64,000 nucleotides of DNA from Sarea resinae (taxonomy: Eukaryota), in the NCBI GenBank assembly GCA_026026165.1, contig JAPEUD010000039.1, positions 62,001-126,000 on the forward strand, written 5' to 3'. Under the pieces are notes generated by a model. That model was not told the DNA's origin, searched no databases, and worked only from the letters and a program-made list of their open reading frames with translations. Each line of letters opens with the position of its first letter. The first letter of the stretch is position 1. The position numbers and the translations under genes are program-made. This document shows positions 35,735 to 48,213 of this stretch, in pieces.

Positions 35735-38044
35735 ATGGCTGTTGCTGCTCCACGCAGTTCTGTCAGTCTATCCATCCCCTCCACCCAGAATACCGCCCCC
35801 GTCCTCGAATTCCGCTGCCTCTTCACCCATGACCTGCGGCGCAAGGCCAAGCGCTGGCAAGATGGCTTCTTACGGTTCCACACCTTTAACAAGCGGGTCA
35901 TGGTCTACGACGTCCCCAGAAACTTCATCGCCGATATGCATTGGCGGGAGACGAGCGAGCTGCAAGACGGCGACGAGCTGACGCTGGAGAATGGCGTCTT
36001 GGTGCAGGTGCAGGACGAGCTTGGACGGGTGGAGCAGGACCTGACTGGCTTGTGGGAGAAGAAATTGAAAGACAGGGTGGAGCGGCTGGGTGGAAATGCC
36101 GTGCGAGCACATCTGGCGTCTCCGGCAAGGCTGCCCGTTGCGTCTCCGGTAAGAACGCCAATACCCGTGGATACTCGATCAGATCCGACTAGGCCTCTGC
36201 CTGTCCTCCCAGCAAAATTACGACACAGGTCTCTTAATGCCTTGCTCGGGACACCGAAGGGGGCAAAGGGGATGCAGGGGAAAGCAATCATTTCATCCGT
36301 GTCGCCATTTGAGCAACGACATGGATCGGCCGTAGACGTGGTCGACAGTGGAAGGCCTACAAAACGGCAGAAGACGAGCAACGAGCGAAATGGGCAGCGC
36401 GAAACGAATCCTTCAGTCAGGACTTGGGGAAATGAATGGTCAACCACAGCAGATACTCGCTCTAAAGTCCGTCAGCCAGCTTACGATCCTATCCCTATCA
36501 TCTCATCATCTGCCTCCCTAGAAGCTACTCCACCATTATTAGACAGTATCCCACCGAAACCCAAAGAGATCCATCCGGAAAGCCTGCGCCCACATCTCCC
36601 ACCAAATCTGCCAACCGAAACACTCCGCCTCTCGAGGCTTCCACCACGAAAGAAACTCCTGTGCCTCGAAGCTCCCAAGTCCCGCATTCTCTTCGATACA
36701 AACCGAGATCCGGTCCAGAGCAGAGAGAAGGTCAGGGGCACAAAACAAAAAAGGACAGCAAATCTCGGGCCACCAGTGCGACTTGACCTGCAAAGTCTCC
36801 CCTCGTCCGACCTTCTTGATTTCGAGATCTCGGACGACGACGTTTTGGCTCCTTCGAGGCGTGGACGAGAAAGACAGATGGAGGAGCATAGGCAACAACC
36901 AGAAAGTAAAGGAGAAAACCAGCTATGTAGGGACATGAATCTAGATTCTGACCCAGACATCCATGACGATGACCACAGTGGAGGACTATTCCTTACTCCG
37001 ACGCCTTCAATGGAAGAGATGGGCAGAGAAAGGTCGGACGAGATCAGACACGAGGGTCAGCATAGCAACGAGGATGGAGGTTCGGCTGGCAAAATCAATT
37101 GCGAGGAGAAACGAGACACGACACACACGATCAACATCTCCCCCTCTTTCGCTTCTTCCAAGCCTTCAGCAGCTGCGCCTGCAACCCCAACTCCTCTCCC
37201 ACCGCCACCACAGCCATCACCAAAACGCAGACTCGGACTCAGACCAAGTCCAACGTATCCAGACGGCCATGTCACCCTGCTCGAGCCTCCATTACCATCA
37301 GAAGTACCAGAAGAGATACCACCACAACCAGAGTCAATCGCCACGGGAAGCCGAGACCAAGGAGCAGAAAATAGCGGTAGACCACCACCTCTACCCAGGG
37401 CCACTGAAAGCGTGGAGATCCCCGTCGGCATCGCACTGCGACAGCAACAGCCACAAGCACAAGCACAAGAACAGTCTATCCAAGAACAGGCGCCAGTGCA
37501 GTCACTTGGACAGTTGGAACGATTGGAACACGCACCTCTTCCTCGAGCTCTCCCTCAAGCTCTCCCTCAAGTCCAGGCTCGTGTCCAACCCCCACCTCAG
37601 CCCCAACTTCAGCCACGAACAAAACCAAGCCTACACCTACCGCCGCTCCAAAAACCACCCCAGCCGCTCTTCAAACTTCCACATTTCATGACCTCCAAGC
37701 CGGCTTCGAACCCCGAACCCCAGATACAAGCTACCACCTCCGCGGCCTTCCAGCAGGTTGAACCCCCTCTCATCCCGCCCGCCGAAGCACAGGCAACAGA
37801 GCCAGAACCGCAACAGGCACCAAAGACCAAGACCAAACCCAAGCCCACGATGACGACCACGGCCAAGAAATCAGACAAGACCAAAAGCTCCAAGGGGAAA
37901 AGGTCGAAGACGGACTTAGCCCCACCAGTAATGCCGACCCAAGGGCCCTGGACAATCGAAGCGTTCGATCTCCTCGGCCTTTACGGTCCCCCTTCTCCTT
38001 CTCCTTCTCCGTCGGCATCTTCTTCCCGCTCTGCGTCTCCTTAG
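35735..38044 (+). CDS. DUF2439 (ZGRF1/Mte1/Dbl2-like N-terminal domain) protein with long disordered tail
   Basis: 769-aa ORF. EFRCLFTHDLRRKAKRWQDGFLRFHTFNKRVMVYD...DGDELTLE matches the DUF2439 pattern. C-terminal GPWTIEAFDL motif. Confidence 0.82.
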   Translation: MAVAAPRSSVSLSIPSTQNTAPVLEFRCLFTHDLRRKAKRWQDGFLRFHTFNKRVMVYDVPRNFIADMHWRETSELQDGDELTLENGVLVQVQDELGRVEQDLTGLWEKKLKDRVERLGGNAVRAHLASPARLPVASPVRTPIPVDTRSDPTRPLPVLPAKLRHRSLNALLGTPKGAKGMQGKAIISSVSPFEQRHGSAVDVVDSGRPTKRQKTSNERNGQRETNPSVRTWGNEWSTTADTRSKVRQPAYDPIPIISSSASLEATPPLLDSIPPKPKEIHPESLRPHLPPNLPTETLRLSRLPPRKKLLCLEAPKSRILFDTNRDPVQSREKVRGTKQKRTANLGPPVRLDLQSLPSSDLLDFEISDDDVLAPSRRGRERQMEEHRQQPESKGENQLCRDMNLDSDPDIHDDDHSGGLFLTPTPSMEEMGRERSDEIRHEGQHSNEDGGSAGKINCEEKRDTTHTINISPSFASSKPSAAAPATPTPLPPPPQPSPKRRLGLRPSPTYPDGHVTLLEPPLPSEVPEEIPPQPESIATGSRDQGAENSGRPPPLPRATESVEIPVGIALRQQQPQAQAQEQSIQEQAPVQSLGQLERLEHAPLPRALPQALPQVQARVQPPPQPQLQPRTKPSLHLPPLQKPPQPLFKLPHFMTSKPASNPEPQIQATTSAAFQQVEPPLIPPAEAQATEPEPQQAPKTKTKPKPTMTTTAKKSDKTKSSKGKRSKTDLAPPVMPTQGPWTIEAFDLLGLYGPPSPSPSPSASSSRSASP

Positions 38045-38049
38045 GCCTT

Positions 38050-39420
38050 GTCCCTCTCTGCTTTTCCCTAGTCCTCATCCCTCTGTGTTCTGCGAATCTT
38101 CTCGTCTATCCCTCTAGCCCTCTTCTTCTTGTTTCCTCCTCATCCATCTCCCAGATCTTATCACCGGTGATAGCTGCTAAAGCTAGATTCTCATCCCCGC
38201 TTTCTCCTCGTTCTATTGTCCTCGGTCTCGCGCCCTGGCTGTCCGTCTCTTTGTCTGTCCGTCTGTCCGTCTGTTCGTCTGTCCATCTGGCTGTCTGTGC
38301 ATTTCTCTGTCCGTCTATCTCACTCGCTCTCTCACCACCCATATATAACACGTTGGCTTTTCACGGTCCGACATGGCACAGCATGGCATAGCATCGCACA
38401 ACCTTCATACACATACTTCTGAGAGACGTAGATACAGGAGGAGAGAAGAGAGAGGAGAGAAAGAGGAAAAGAGGGGAGAGGAGAGAGGAGAGGGGAAACA
38501 GAAGAGAAGCGAGATCAGTGAAAACAAAAGAAGGGGGGGGGAGGGGGGGACGGCTAGCCTACTGTACCTATCTCTTTAGCTACCTTAGCTACCTTAGCTA
38601 CCTTAGCTGGGCGCCAGCGTCCTCGTTCTTGTGCTTAAACACTTACTCAATACATACTCATACTCGTACTCGTACTCAACACGCACTTATACGCAATACA
38701 TACTCAATACACATACATACCCAAGTCCCACTAAGGGACGCCTACAAAAGACCCCTACAAACACCATCCACCATTCCATCCCTCCAAGACCAAAAGGACC
38801 AAAGTCTCGAATGTCAATCTTTCAGATTCTCAATTCCTCCCAAAAGAGCAAGCAATGGAAGCATCGACGAAACATTAATCATTCCATTTCATTTCATTTC
38901 AATGCAGTTCAGTCTAACATAGTCCCTACCGCCGACATATCCTATCCTACCCTCTTAGCCTACCCTATTATCCTAGCCTCCCCTATCCTGCCTAATTCGA
39001 TCCTATCCCACCTGATCCGACTCTAGCCTAGCCTAGCCTAGCAAAAGCTAGTAGTGGTGGTAGTGGTGATAGCAGTAACAGGCGTGCTGGTGCTGATACC
39101 ACTCCACCAACATCCATCAAGTAGATAGGGAGGTAGGAAGGTAGGTAGGTAGCTTTCGATCTTGCCTCTTCCCATATAATCTCTCTCGCCCGCTCGCCCG
39201 CCCGCCCGTCCGTCCTCCAACACACACACACACACAAAGAGATTACATCAAGTCCGAAACATACAGACAACGATCCGCGGAGACGCCCGTCCGTGCCGAC
39301 AAAGGAGAGGAAAGAAAGACAGAAAGCGCGAGGCGGATGAAGCATGCAGAGGCAACAAAGAGAAAGAGGACGAGATTAGATGACTGATGGGGGAACAAAG
39401 GGAAAGAGTGCAGGGCCTAG
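38050..39420. repeat. Microsatellite-dense low-complexity intergenic region between convergent genes
   Basis: (GTCT/GTCC)n ~38240-38320, GA-rich 38437-38550, (TAGCTACCT)3 38577-38608, (TACTCR)n ~38655-38680, (CTAGC)4 39023-39042, (GGTA)n ~39130-39152, (CA)8 39220-39236. Confidence 0.8.
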
Positions 39421-39917
39421 CCGCTGCCATTACTCGAGACTTCGGCGAAGCTCGACTTCAGTGTAGAAAAAAGTAAAATGATGTCAAGTCGTGCCGAGTA
39501 AAGTGTCCGGCAGAGAAACCCTGAGCTAAACATCCGGAGTGCCGGGGCTGATCTTCGGAGTTGAACAGCTGCCCCAAGGATAGGGTAATTAGACATGAAA
39601 ACCGATAGAGTTCAAACAAAAGAGCATATATATAGAAAAGTATCGAGAACCGATGTGGCAGAAAAGGGAAATTTTTAGTTTTAAGACAATTTTATTGAAG
39701 AATATAAGAAAAGGAAACTGGATGGTTCTTTGATTCTTCTTGCCGAGAACGGGAGACGATAAGATTGCAGGGAGGTAAGAGCACAAAGGAAATTGATCAT
39801 TCATCGCATTCGAGCATTCTGCTAGTGGAACAGACGTTGGATGATGATTGAACTGCAGGCGGACGTATAGCCCAATGTTGATGGCGACAGCAAGGACTTT
39901 TTCGACTGTCAATCAGG

Positions 39918-42900
39918 TCAGTGATGATGATGGGCGTCATCCCCATGTCTCCCCGTCAACGAAGAGCTCAGGCGGCCCTTCCTGCCAGCCAAGGAGCCAA
40001 CATCATGTTTACCTGGATCAATATCAGCACAACGACCAGTAAAAAGTGAAAGCAAAGAAAACTCACCATCACAACATGCTCGCACATTCTCCAATCGATC
40101 GGCCTCCTTCTCCTGCTGCTCAATCACCAGTCGTAAATCCTCGGCCGAATCATGGTCGACGTCCTGTACAATTCCACCGGATGTGGGATCGTAGATATTA
40201 CTTTCCACTCGGTCTACACCCATGGCGCTGTGTCTGCTGCGGCGGCTGGAGAAAGAACCCCGTAGCGACGAGCCGGGCCGAAACATGTTGCTGAGGCGCG
40301 AGATGGAGCCTTGCATGGAGCCTTGCGGCTGCTTGATGACTGTCTGGGGTGGTGCTAGCTCTGCTCGTTCGGCGGCAGCAGCTGCTGCTCTAGCCGAGGG
40401 GGTAGAGGTAGGTGGCCGGCGATTCGACAGTCGCGAGGAATTACGATTCGGTGAGGTGTTGCGAGTGTTGTGGCTGTTGTACGAGGAGCGGGAGGTGGCG
40501 CCGCCAGTGCGAGTGCGGTAGGACGAAGGATTAAACTCCTCTACGTCTTCGGCGGTGATAGTCTGACTCGGGTCGGCGGAATCCTCGACACTGGCAGCAG
40601 ACTCTTCGCCCGTCCTCAGTAGCAGATACGAAAGAGCATTGAACCACGTCTCGTGTCTTTGGCCAGTGGTAGCTGTGAACTTGACGGCTCGGCCAGGGGT
40701 GAGGATCACTAGACTCTTGCGGTGGAGACCTGGCGGCATGGGATTGTCGTCGGTCATGACGCGCACAGCTTCAATGGCCACACTTTTAGCCCTGAGCTCG
40801 GCTTTGCCCGCCGAAGAAGGATCCCGATCGCTCCAGTACAACGTTCTCGTATACGGATGGACCCAGAAATACCGTCGATGTCGATTGTCCGACATCTCGC
40901 CACGACCAGCCTTACGGGTATATTTCCAAAGATACTCGCCAATCATCGTCTGGGTGATGGCTTGAATCATACGCGGATCGGTACCACCCTCGGCAGGACC
41001 CTGAGGTATTCCAGGCATGCCAGGAGTAGCAATGTTGAAGCGCTCATCAAGTTCCGAAGCAAAAGAAGATACAGAAGAACGTCGCGTGACAGGCGATGAG
41101 ACGTCACTGCGGCCGGTGGAAAATCGTGGCCGAGGCGTAGTGCCAGCCCTCGACCCAGGGCTCTGGGAATTCTGATTATTCGGTGTCCGCGGTCGTAGAT
41201 GTGGGTGGGATTTGTAAGCGGATGCAGGCGCGAGAGGCGGTCCCATCTGACCAGCATGAGCATCTGGAGTAGATACTCGTTGAGCGGCAGCGGCGATTGC
41301 CTGTTTATGGTCGGGCGGAAGAGGCGGATGCGTTGCGCTCACAACACTTCGCACACTGTTCGCACTTCCCGGACGTCTGGGGCTTCTCGGCGGAGGCTCG
41401 TCGATGGTGATTTCACCGTCCGCTATCCTGACTTTTACACTGTTATCGGACTTTCTGTGTCTGATTACCGAGCTCGACCTTTGCCTCCCCGGGGACCCTG
41501 AGCCTGTGCTTTGGCTGTCTTCTTCGACTACGGTCGAGGTTCTCTTATTCCTATCTTTCAGCAGCATGTCAATCTGCGTAGCTGATAGCATAGTTTGCGA
41601 GCTTTGATCGACCATGGGAATCGGCTCCGGTTTGATAATCACAGGATTCTCCTTGTTGGCAGACTCTCTCAGGGCAATGTTGGATGACATATCCTTGAGA
41701 GGCATTTTCGCTTCATCCGTTTCGCTACCAAATTGCGGGAATGGCTCACTGCTGGTGTCGTCCTCGGCGATGTGATGTTGAGCTGGAGGCTTGTTCCAGC
41801 CGAACATGGACCCCAAGAATCCAGGCCTCGCATCCTCCATCTTGGGCGCTTTCGTTTCCTCTGGAATAGGAAGAGGAGTCTCTTGGACTGCGACATCACG
41901 TGTTTGCTCTTCTGGTGGAGGTGGCGCAATTGGCTCCGTCTCTTGAGTTTGGACCGAAGAAAATGTCAGTGGCGTGAGGACCTCTTCGACAGCAGGTAGC
42001 TCTGGAACTTCGACTCTCTCCGGTGCAGTGTGTTGAGATGTGATGTTGGAGAGCTGCAGATGCACCACTTCGGGTTCGGGTTCAGGCTCTGTCTCGACAA
42101 TGGGCTCGGGCTCACTCTCCGGTTCGACAGGTGCAATCGGCTCCGTGTGCTGAGCTTGAATATGTGATAGAGCAAAGGGAGCTGGGGCGGCAGGCGCTTG
42201 AGTGATTGCAGGCTCGGGCACGGGCACAGGCTCAACAGGCGATATCGGCTCCGTTTGCTGCGCTTGAACGTATGACAAGGCCAAGAGAGCGGGTGTAATG
42301 GGCGCCTCGATGGCCGGAATCTCTGGCTCAGGCTCAACGGGAGATATCGGCTCCGTATGCAGTGCTTGAATGTACGACAACGTCAAAGGAGCAGGCGGAA
42401 TGGGCGCCTCAATAACTGGAGCCTCGGGCTCAGGTTCGGCAGGGGCGATTGGTTCCGTATGCTGCGCTTGGATGTACGACAAAGCCAAGGGAGCCAGCGG
42501 AATGGGCGCCTCAATAGCCGGAATCTCTGTCTTATCCACGGAGCTCTCGTGCTGGACACCGGCATCGAGGTACTCATGGACTTCTTGCGCGGGCGTTGGA
42601 GGCTCAATGTGCTGGACACCTGCATCGAGGTATTTTCGAACTTCCTGCGGGGATGCTGGGGGCTCGACGTGTTGAACTCCTGCGTCAAGATACTCGTGTA
42701 CCTCCTGCGGCGGAGCAGGGGGCTCGACATGCTGAACACCCGCATCATGATATTCATGGACGTCCTTACTGCCGGTGTACTGGACACCTGCGTCTTGATA
42801 TTCGAAAAGGGGTTCAGGGGCTGAAGGAGTTTCTTCGCCAACTTTGGCCTCGCCAACAGTCAATGCTCTAGCTTCGGTACTAGCAGCGGCTTCAGGTGCA

Positions 42901-45284
42901 GTCAGGACTGGTAAAGGTTCTGGCGCTGGCGCATCGGTCATTGTGCTAGCATCAGTCATTTGCGCTCTTAGCGAGGGCAGAATCTCTAGATCCGCTGCGG
43001 TTGGCGGTGGAACAGAAGTGCCGCGTGCAGGGGTGGACCGTTGAGAGCTGGCCCGGCTTGGGGTGCCCTCGTATTCTGTACCTTCTTCGCTGTCCGGGGT
43101 ATTCAACTCTCCCAGCTCGGCGAATAGGCTTTGACCGGCGGGAGCACCTTGACTACCGTTACTGAGGAGGCTGGCAGGTGAATTCCTAGCACTTGTGGGG
43201 TTGCTTCCGAATAAGGTGCCCTCGCTTCCCACTCTGGATCGACGGTATGCTGCACCACGGTTGATCTTCAGGCGTAGACGTTGATGTTGTTGAACCGGTG
43301 TTTTGATCTCGTAGTCGTCATCCTCATCTGTGGACGTGGATGCCGTACTCATGTAAGAAAGTTGGTCACCCGGTTTGGCCAGCGACAGAGGGGATGTCCT
43401 ACGGGCGCGGAGCGTACCGCCTTTGACTGGACGTCCTTCTGTCTCGGTGAGGTCGTCACTGCTCTCAGGAGCGAAGCTCTCCGCTCCAGTCTCGAACGCG
43501 TCCGTCTCGGTGGCGGTGCCTTCTCTCTCATTGGCCGTCTCAAAGGCATCACTCGCCTCGTTTGCAGTCTCGAATGCGTCGCTCTGATCCGTGACAGGCC
43601 TACTCTCCGTTCCACTAGAAACGCCCAGTCTGGATGCGGCCGACCGGCTAGGGCTGTGTTGTCCGTCATGATCTTCCCAGCCAGCCTCGTCCATGAGAAT
43701 CTCACTCTTGCTATTCCTTCCTAGGCCGAGTAGATTGGGTCTACTAGGTTTCTTGAACGTATCTTGATGAGGCACCACCTTCCGTCGCTTTCCAGCGCTG
43801 CTCGGTCCTCCGAGAGAGACGTCGTTTCGCCTCAGCTCCAGCTCATCCCTGGCCTCTTGCAGCATGCGTCTCAATTCAATCTTCTCGGTCTTCTCACGGT
43901 GTATGTTACTCTTGAGGTTCTGGATCATGCGATGCGCATGATGAAGCGAGCTCTTCAATGTTTCCGACTCGAGCATGTTGTGCCTGGGAGTTCCTTTCGT
44001 TGGCGAGGCAGGAGGTGAGTGTTCCGGGGTAGTCTGATCGGCACCGAAATCCTCATCGTCGGAGATGATGTCTCTTGCCGGAGCTGCTTCTTCTTGTCGA
44101 TACCGTCCAGCCATGGCCCGCGCCAGCTCTTCATTCTGATGGTTCAGCTCTTCCACTTTGCGTTGCAGTGCACCCCGTTCGCTCTCGCCCATGGTCAGGT
44201 TTCGGCGTAGACCGGCAGCCTCGGATTCGAGGAGCTTCCGGCTCAGAGCATGGTCCTCGGCGAGTCTGGCGTTGGCCTGCTTCAACTCATCCAGCTCTTT
44301 CTGCACGGTTGTCTTTTCGGCATTCGCAGACGTCAGATTCTGGGTCAAGCGCTGCTCCCTGTCTGCGGCAACCTTGGCGGCGGCGATGAGCTCGTGCGTC
44401 TGAGTTTCGAGATTCCAATTTTCGTCCTTGTATCGCTGTTCGCTTTCGTCCAAGCTCCGGAGCCGCTGCATGAGTCCCTCCGCTTCCACTTCGAGCCGTG
44501 ACTTTTCCAGATTGACGGCTTTGAGAGCCTCATCTCTCTCCGCCAGGATGGCTTGGAGGTTGCGGACCTGCGAGAGAAGGGATGTGCTGATCTCCGTAGC
44601 AAATTCGATATCCTTGACGCGACTTGACGGCTGGTTGCGCTGCTTTCGCGAAGGGACGTTGAGCTTTGACGGTGAGTGATTTGCCTGACTGGAGAAAGTG
44701 GAGGGAGTAGACGGTTGCTGTCATGCAGATATCAGTGATCAGTCCACCGAACACTTATCAAAAGTACTCACCCTTCCATCAACGGCAAAAGGCGAACTAC
44801 TCGTGGCATCAGCACTAGCAACCCTCGACTTTGGCCCTAGGAAGGCTCTTGCACTCTCTCGACCGACTTCGTTGTATTCTTTTTCGATCTCGACCAATCT
44901 CTGGCGTAGGTCCGGTCCAATTTCCGCCTCTCCCTGCTGCCTCTCCACGTCTTTCAGCCGCTCTGAAAGTTCTCTTCGCTGCTCCACCAGCGTCGTACCG
45001 AGCTTCGAGGCATCTTGGATTCGGCGTTCGGTTTCGGCAAGATGCGCTTCTAGCGCTCTCTTGGCTTGCGACGGTGAGGTGGCGGCATTGACAGCGAAGA
45101 GCTGGGTGTCAAAAGAGGAAAACCGGTGGGGATGGTTGCTGCTGGAATGGGTCGACAGGAAGGGATCATCCAACGGTCGTGAGGTATTCGGGGTCTGGTC
45201 GAGCGGTGTGCCAGTATCGGCGCGGCCACCCAAGTCTCTGCCCATATTTCCTTCGCGCGACGTGTTGGCAGTCGAGGTGGCCAT
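39918..45284 (-). CDS. apsA: Nuclear migration cortical anchor ApsA/Num1/Mcp5 (coiled coil, internal repeats, C-terminal PH domain)
   Basis: Exons 45284-44772, 44717-40067 and 40012-39918. DIEFATEISTSLL coiled coil, PH domain ITQTMIGEYLWKYTR...HRRYFWVHPYTRTLYWS...WFNALSYL, and LENVRACCDGKHDV C-terminus. Confidence 0.92.
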
Positions 45285-46665
45285 TCTGACGACCGAGCTT
45301 GGATCGACGAGATCTTTCAGATGGCAGCCAGGATCGTCTCCAGGCCTGGCAAGTCAATGCAGGACGCTGCTGACGACGAGACGAGCACGAAGAAGCGGCG
45401 GTGGCAGACGCGAATATGCAGGCCCCGTCAGGATCGCAACATGGTCCTATTGAGAAGCGAGGGGCGCGACCACGTCGGATATCGCGAGGGGGCGGATAAG
45501 ATGGAACGCGCGGGAGTGGAACGAATGACGGTGGAGCGAGAAGAGAAGAGGATGGGACGGATGGATGGCAAGGTGCAGCAGAGGGCCCGCCTACAGAAGC
45601 ACCGTCGTGGGTGATGAAGCGTCGCGGAGAGGACGACGATTGGAATGCTGCGAAGAAGCTGGATCGGATGAAGGTGGTGATGGGATGAATGGATGAATGA
45701 ATGAATCGAGTACATGTATGGGCAGTCCGGTCCACTTGTTATGGCCCGAGGGCTGAAACGAACGAGCGCTACGGCTTTGACGCGCGCACGAGCAGGGAAA
45801 GTGACACGGAATGGAGACGAACGAGGTCACCGGTACGAAGTGGAACGAAGTGAGACGACCCTTGTGGTACTGCCACGGGTGCGGGTGCTGGTCGCAGCAC
45901 CAACGTCGAGGTCCTCGAGACTGCGGGACATGTACCTTCCCACGCGTCCTTGTTTATTGCCCTCTTCTGGCAATTGGCATCACTGTTTCAGGGTCTGCTT
46001 TTCTTTGATGATGGTTCAGCTTCCATCGTGTGCGGCTCAACTGCCCAGGGGAGGTGCTCGACGTTGTTCTCATCGCCATCACGAGTGCATCATCTACAGC
46101 GTCCCGCGTCCGTCGAGAAGGCTCCCGTTTCGGCATTCATTGAAGACTCCATCGCCCGCTCGCTGCCTCCCACTTTAATCTCGGGAATCTCGATGAGATT
46201 GGATGAGATGGATGAGGTGATGATGAGTCAGGCCGTACTCCGTACTTTGTTTCGTGCAGCACGACTCGGGCCTGGGGGTACGCGACCCATCTCGGAAGAC
46301 GCCACGTATTGAGTACGGAGTACTGCAACGGTTGATGGTGACCGAGAATAGAGACAGAGCCAAAGAAGATCAAAGAAGATCAGGGCAATCACGACCGACG
46401 GGACCATTGTCGATACAAAGATGATGAGACTACGAATACTCCAATCCGCTGAGTAATCCGCACAGAACGACAACAAACAAAGAAAGGCCACGGGGAGCAT
46501 CAGATGCTTAGTCATCCTCCATCATGACTCAGCCACCCATCGATGATCCATCAGCCACAGTCGTCGATACTATATCACGAAGACCGACCAAGAGCTCTCC
46601 ATTACAATTGCATCATCACCACCCTCGCTCTCCATCACCTCTCATCACATTAAGCCCCTTCAAGT

Positions 46666-47784
46666 ATGGAGACGGCAACATCCCCCCCAGCCATCTTCAA
46701 GAAGCGCTCAGCAAAATCCAAATCCAGCGTACGGAAACGGCCCGCGACTCCACCACCAGCTTCAGACTCCTCGTCATCATACTCGTCGTCCGAAGATGAA
46801 AGCGGCCGGCGAGTGAAACGACGAAGAAAGAACGCGGGAGTCATCGCAGCCTCTTCGTCGAAGCGAGCCGACAAACCAGACGCGAATCCCGAACTCCTCT
46901 CGACGATCAAATTCGCCGCCGACAGGTCCGCCACCATCGCCTCCACCAACGACGCAACGAAGCAATCGAACTGGTTCGACGAAGACGCCGCCCAAGGGGA
47001 AGCCGACGCCGCATCCTCGAAAGCCCTCCTCGGCACCACGCGTTCTCTCCCACAATCCACCAGCACATCCACCCCTCGCACCAACCCCACCGACAAGACC
47101 TACAAAGGCGCCGCAGCCTACACGACGCACATCCAAAAGAACGCGGACCCGCCCCACCGCAGCAAAGCGGCGCAGATCGGGCCGGTCAAGGCGCCGACCA
47201 ACATCCGCACCATCACCGTGACGGACTTTGCGCCCGACGTGTGCAAGGACTACAAGCAGACGGGCTTCTGCGGCTTCGGCGACAGCTGCAAGTTCCTGCA
47301 CGCGCGCGAGGACTACAAGCAGGGCTGGGAGCTCGACCGCGACTGGGAGATTGGCACCAAGGGCAAGAAGGTCACCGGCGGCCGCACCGTGGCGTCTGCG
47401 GCGGCCAAACGCCGAGCTGCTGGCGGCGCGGGCGCCGACGCCGATCCCGACAGTCTGGATGCCGCCGATGAAGAAGACGAGGACGCCCTCTTGGAGAAAA
47501 TCCCCTTTGCCTGCATCCTCTGCCGCAAACCCTACACGAACCCGATCGTCACCAAGTGCGGCCATTATTTCTGCGAGGCGTGCGCGCTGCAGCGCTATCG
47601 CAAGAACCCGTCGTGTGCGGCGTGTGGGGCCGGCACGGGCGGCGTATTCAACGGTGCCAAGAATCTGAAGAAGCTGTTGGAGAAGAAGAGGGAGCGGGCG
47701 AGGAAGAGGAGGGAGCAGGCTATTGCGGATGGGGAGGAGGCTAGTGAGGATGAAGAGGCCGACGATGAGGATATAGAGGAATAA
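46666..47784 (+). CDS. CWC24: Pre-mRNA splicing factor Cwc24 (CCCH + RING)
   Basis: GPVKAPTNIRTITVTDFAPDVCKDYKQTGFCGFGDSCKFLHAREDYKQGW followed by RING IPFACILC...KCGHYFCEAC...CAAC. Confidence 0.96.
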   Translation: METATSPPAIFKKRSAKSKSSVRKRPATPPPASDSSSSYSSSEDESGRRVKRRRKNAGVIAASSSKRADKPDANPELLSTIKFAADRSATIASTNDATKQSNWFDEDAAQGEADAASSKALLGTTRSLPQSTSTSTPRTNPTDKTYKGAAAYTTHIQKNADPPHRSKAAQIGPVKAPTNIRTITVTDFAPDVCKDYKQTGFCGFGDSCKFLHAREDYKQGWELDRDWEIGTKGKKVTGGRTVASAAAKRRAAGGAGADADPDSLDAADEEDEDALLEKIPFACILCRKPYTNPIVTKCGHYFCEACALQRYRKNPSCAACGAGTGGVFNGAKNLKKLLEKKRERARKRREQAIADGEEASEDEEADDEDIEE

Positions 47785-48213
47785 GAGCCAGCGGGATAGA
47801 TGAGAGACTTGATCGGGTCGAGGTCACTGTATGACTATTGATTTATTGTGATCCACGTCCAACACCGTGCGCAACGCAGAGCCATGAAACGTCTTCGCAA
47901 AGTCAGTTAGACGGCCAGACAGCCAGGGTCTAGTCTGGCCCTTAAGACGATGGCGGCGGGGCGTGGTACATGTCCCATCCAAGACGGGCCAAAATAAGCT
48001 TCAGATGAACTGGTACTGTAAAGTGTCTCACCACGAGGAATGATATCGCCCAGCCAGATCAGAATCATAGAAGACAGAATATTTACCCATGGCTCACACC
48101 AATCTAATCAAGTGTTCCATCATCCAGTCGCCTGATGCTCAACCCAAACACCTCCATGTCCACCACCAGTCTGGGCCCCTCCGCCAAGCCCAGTTCCACA
48201 CCCAAATCCTAGA

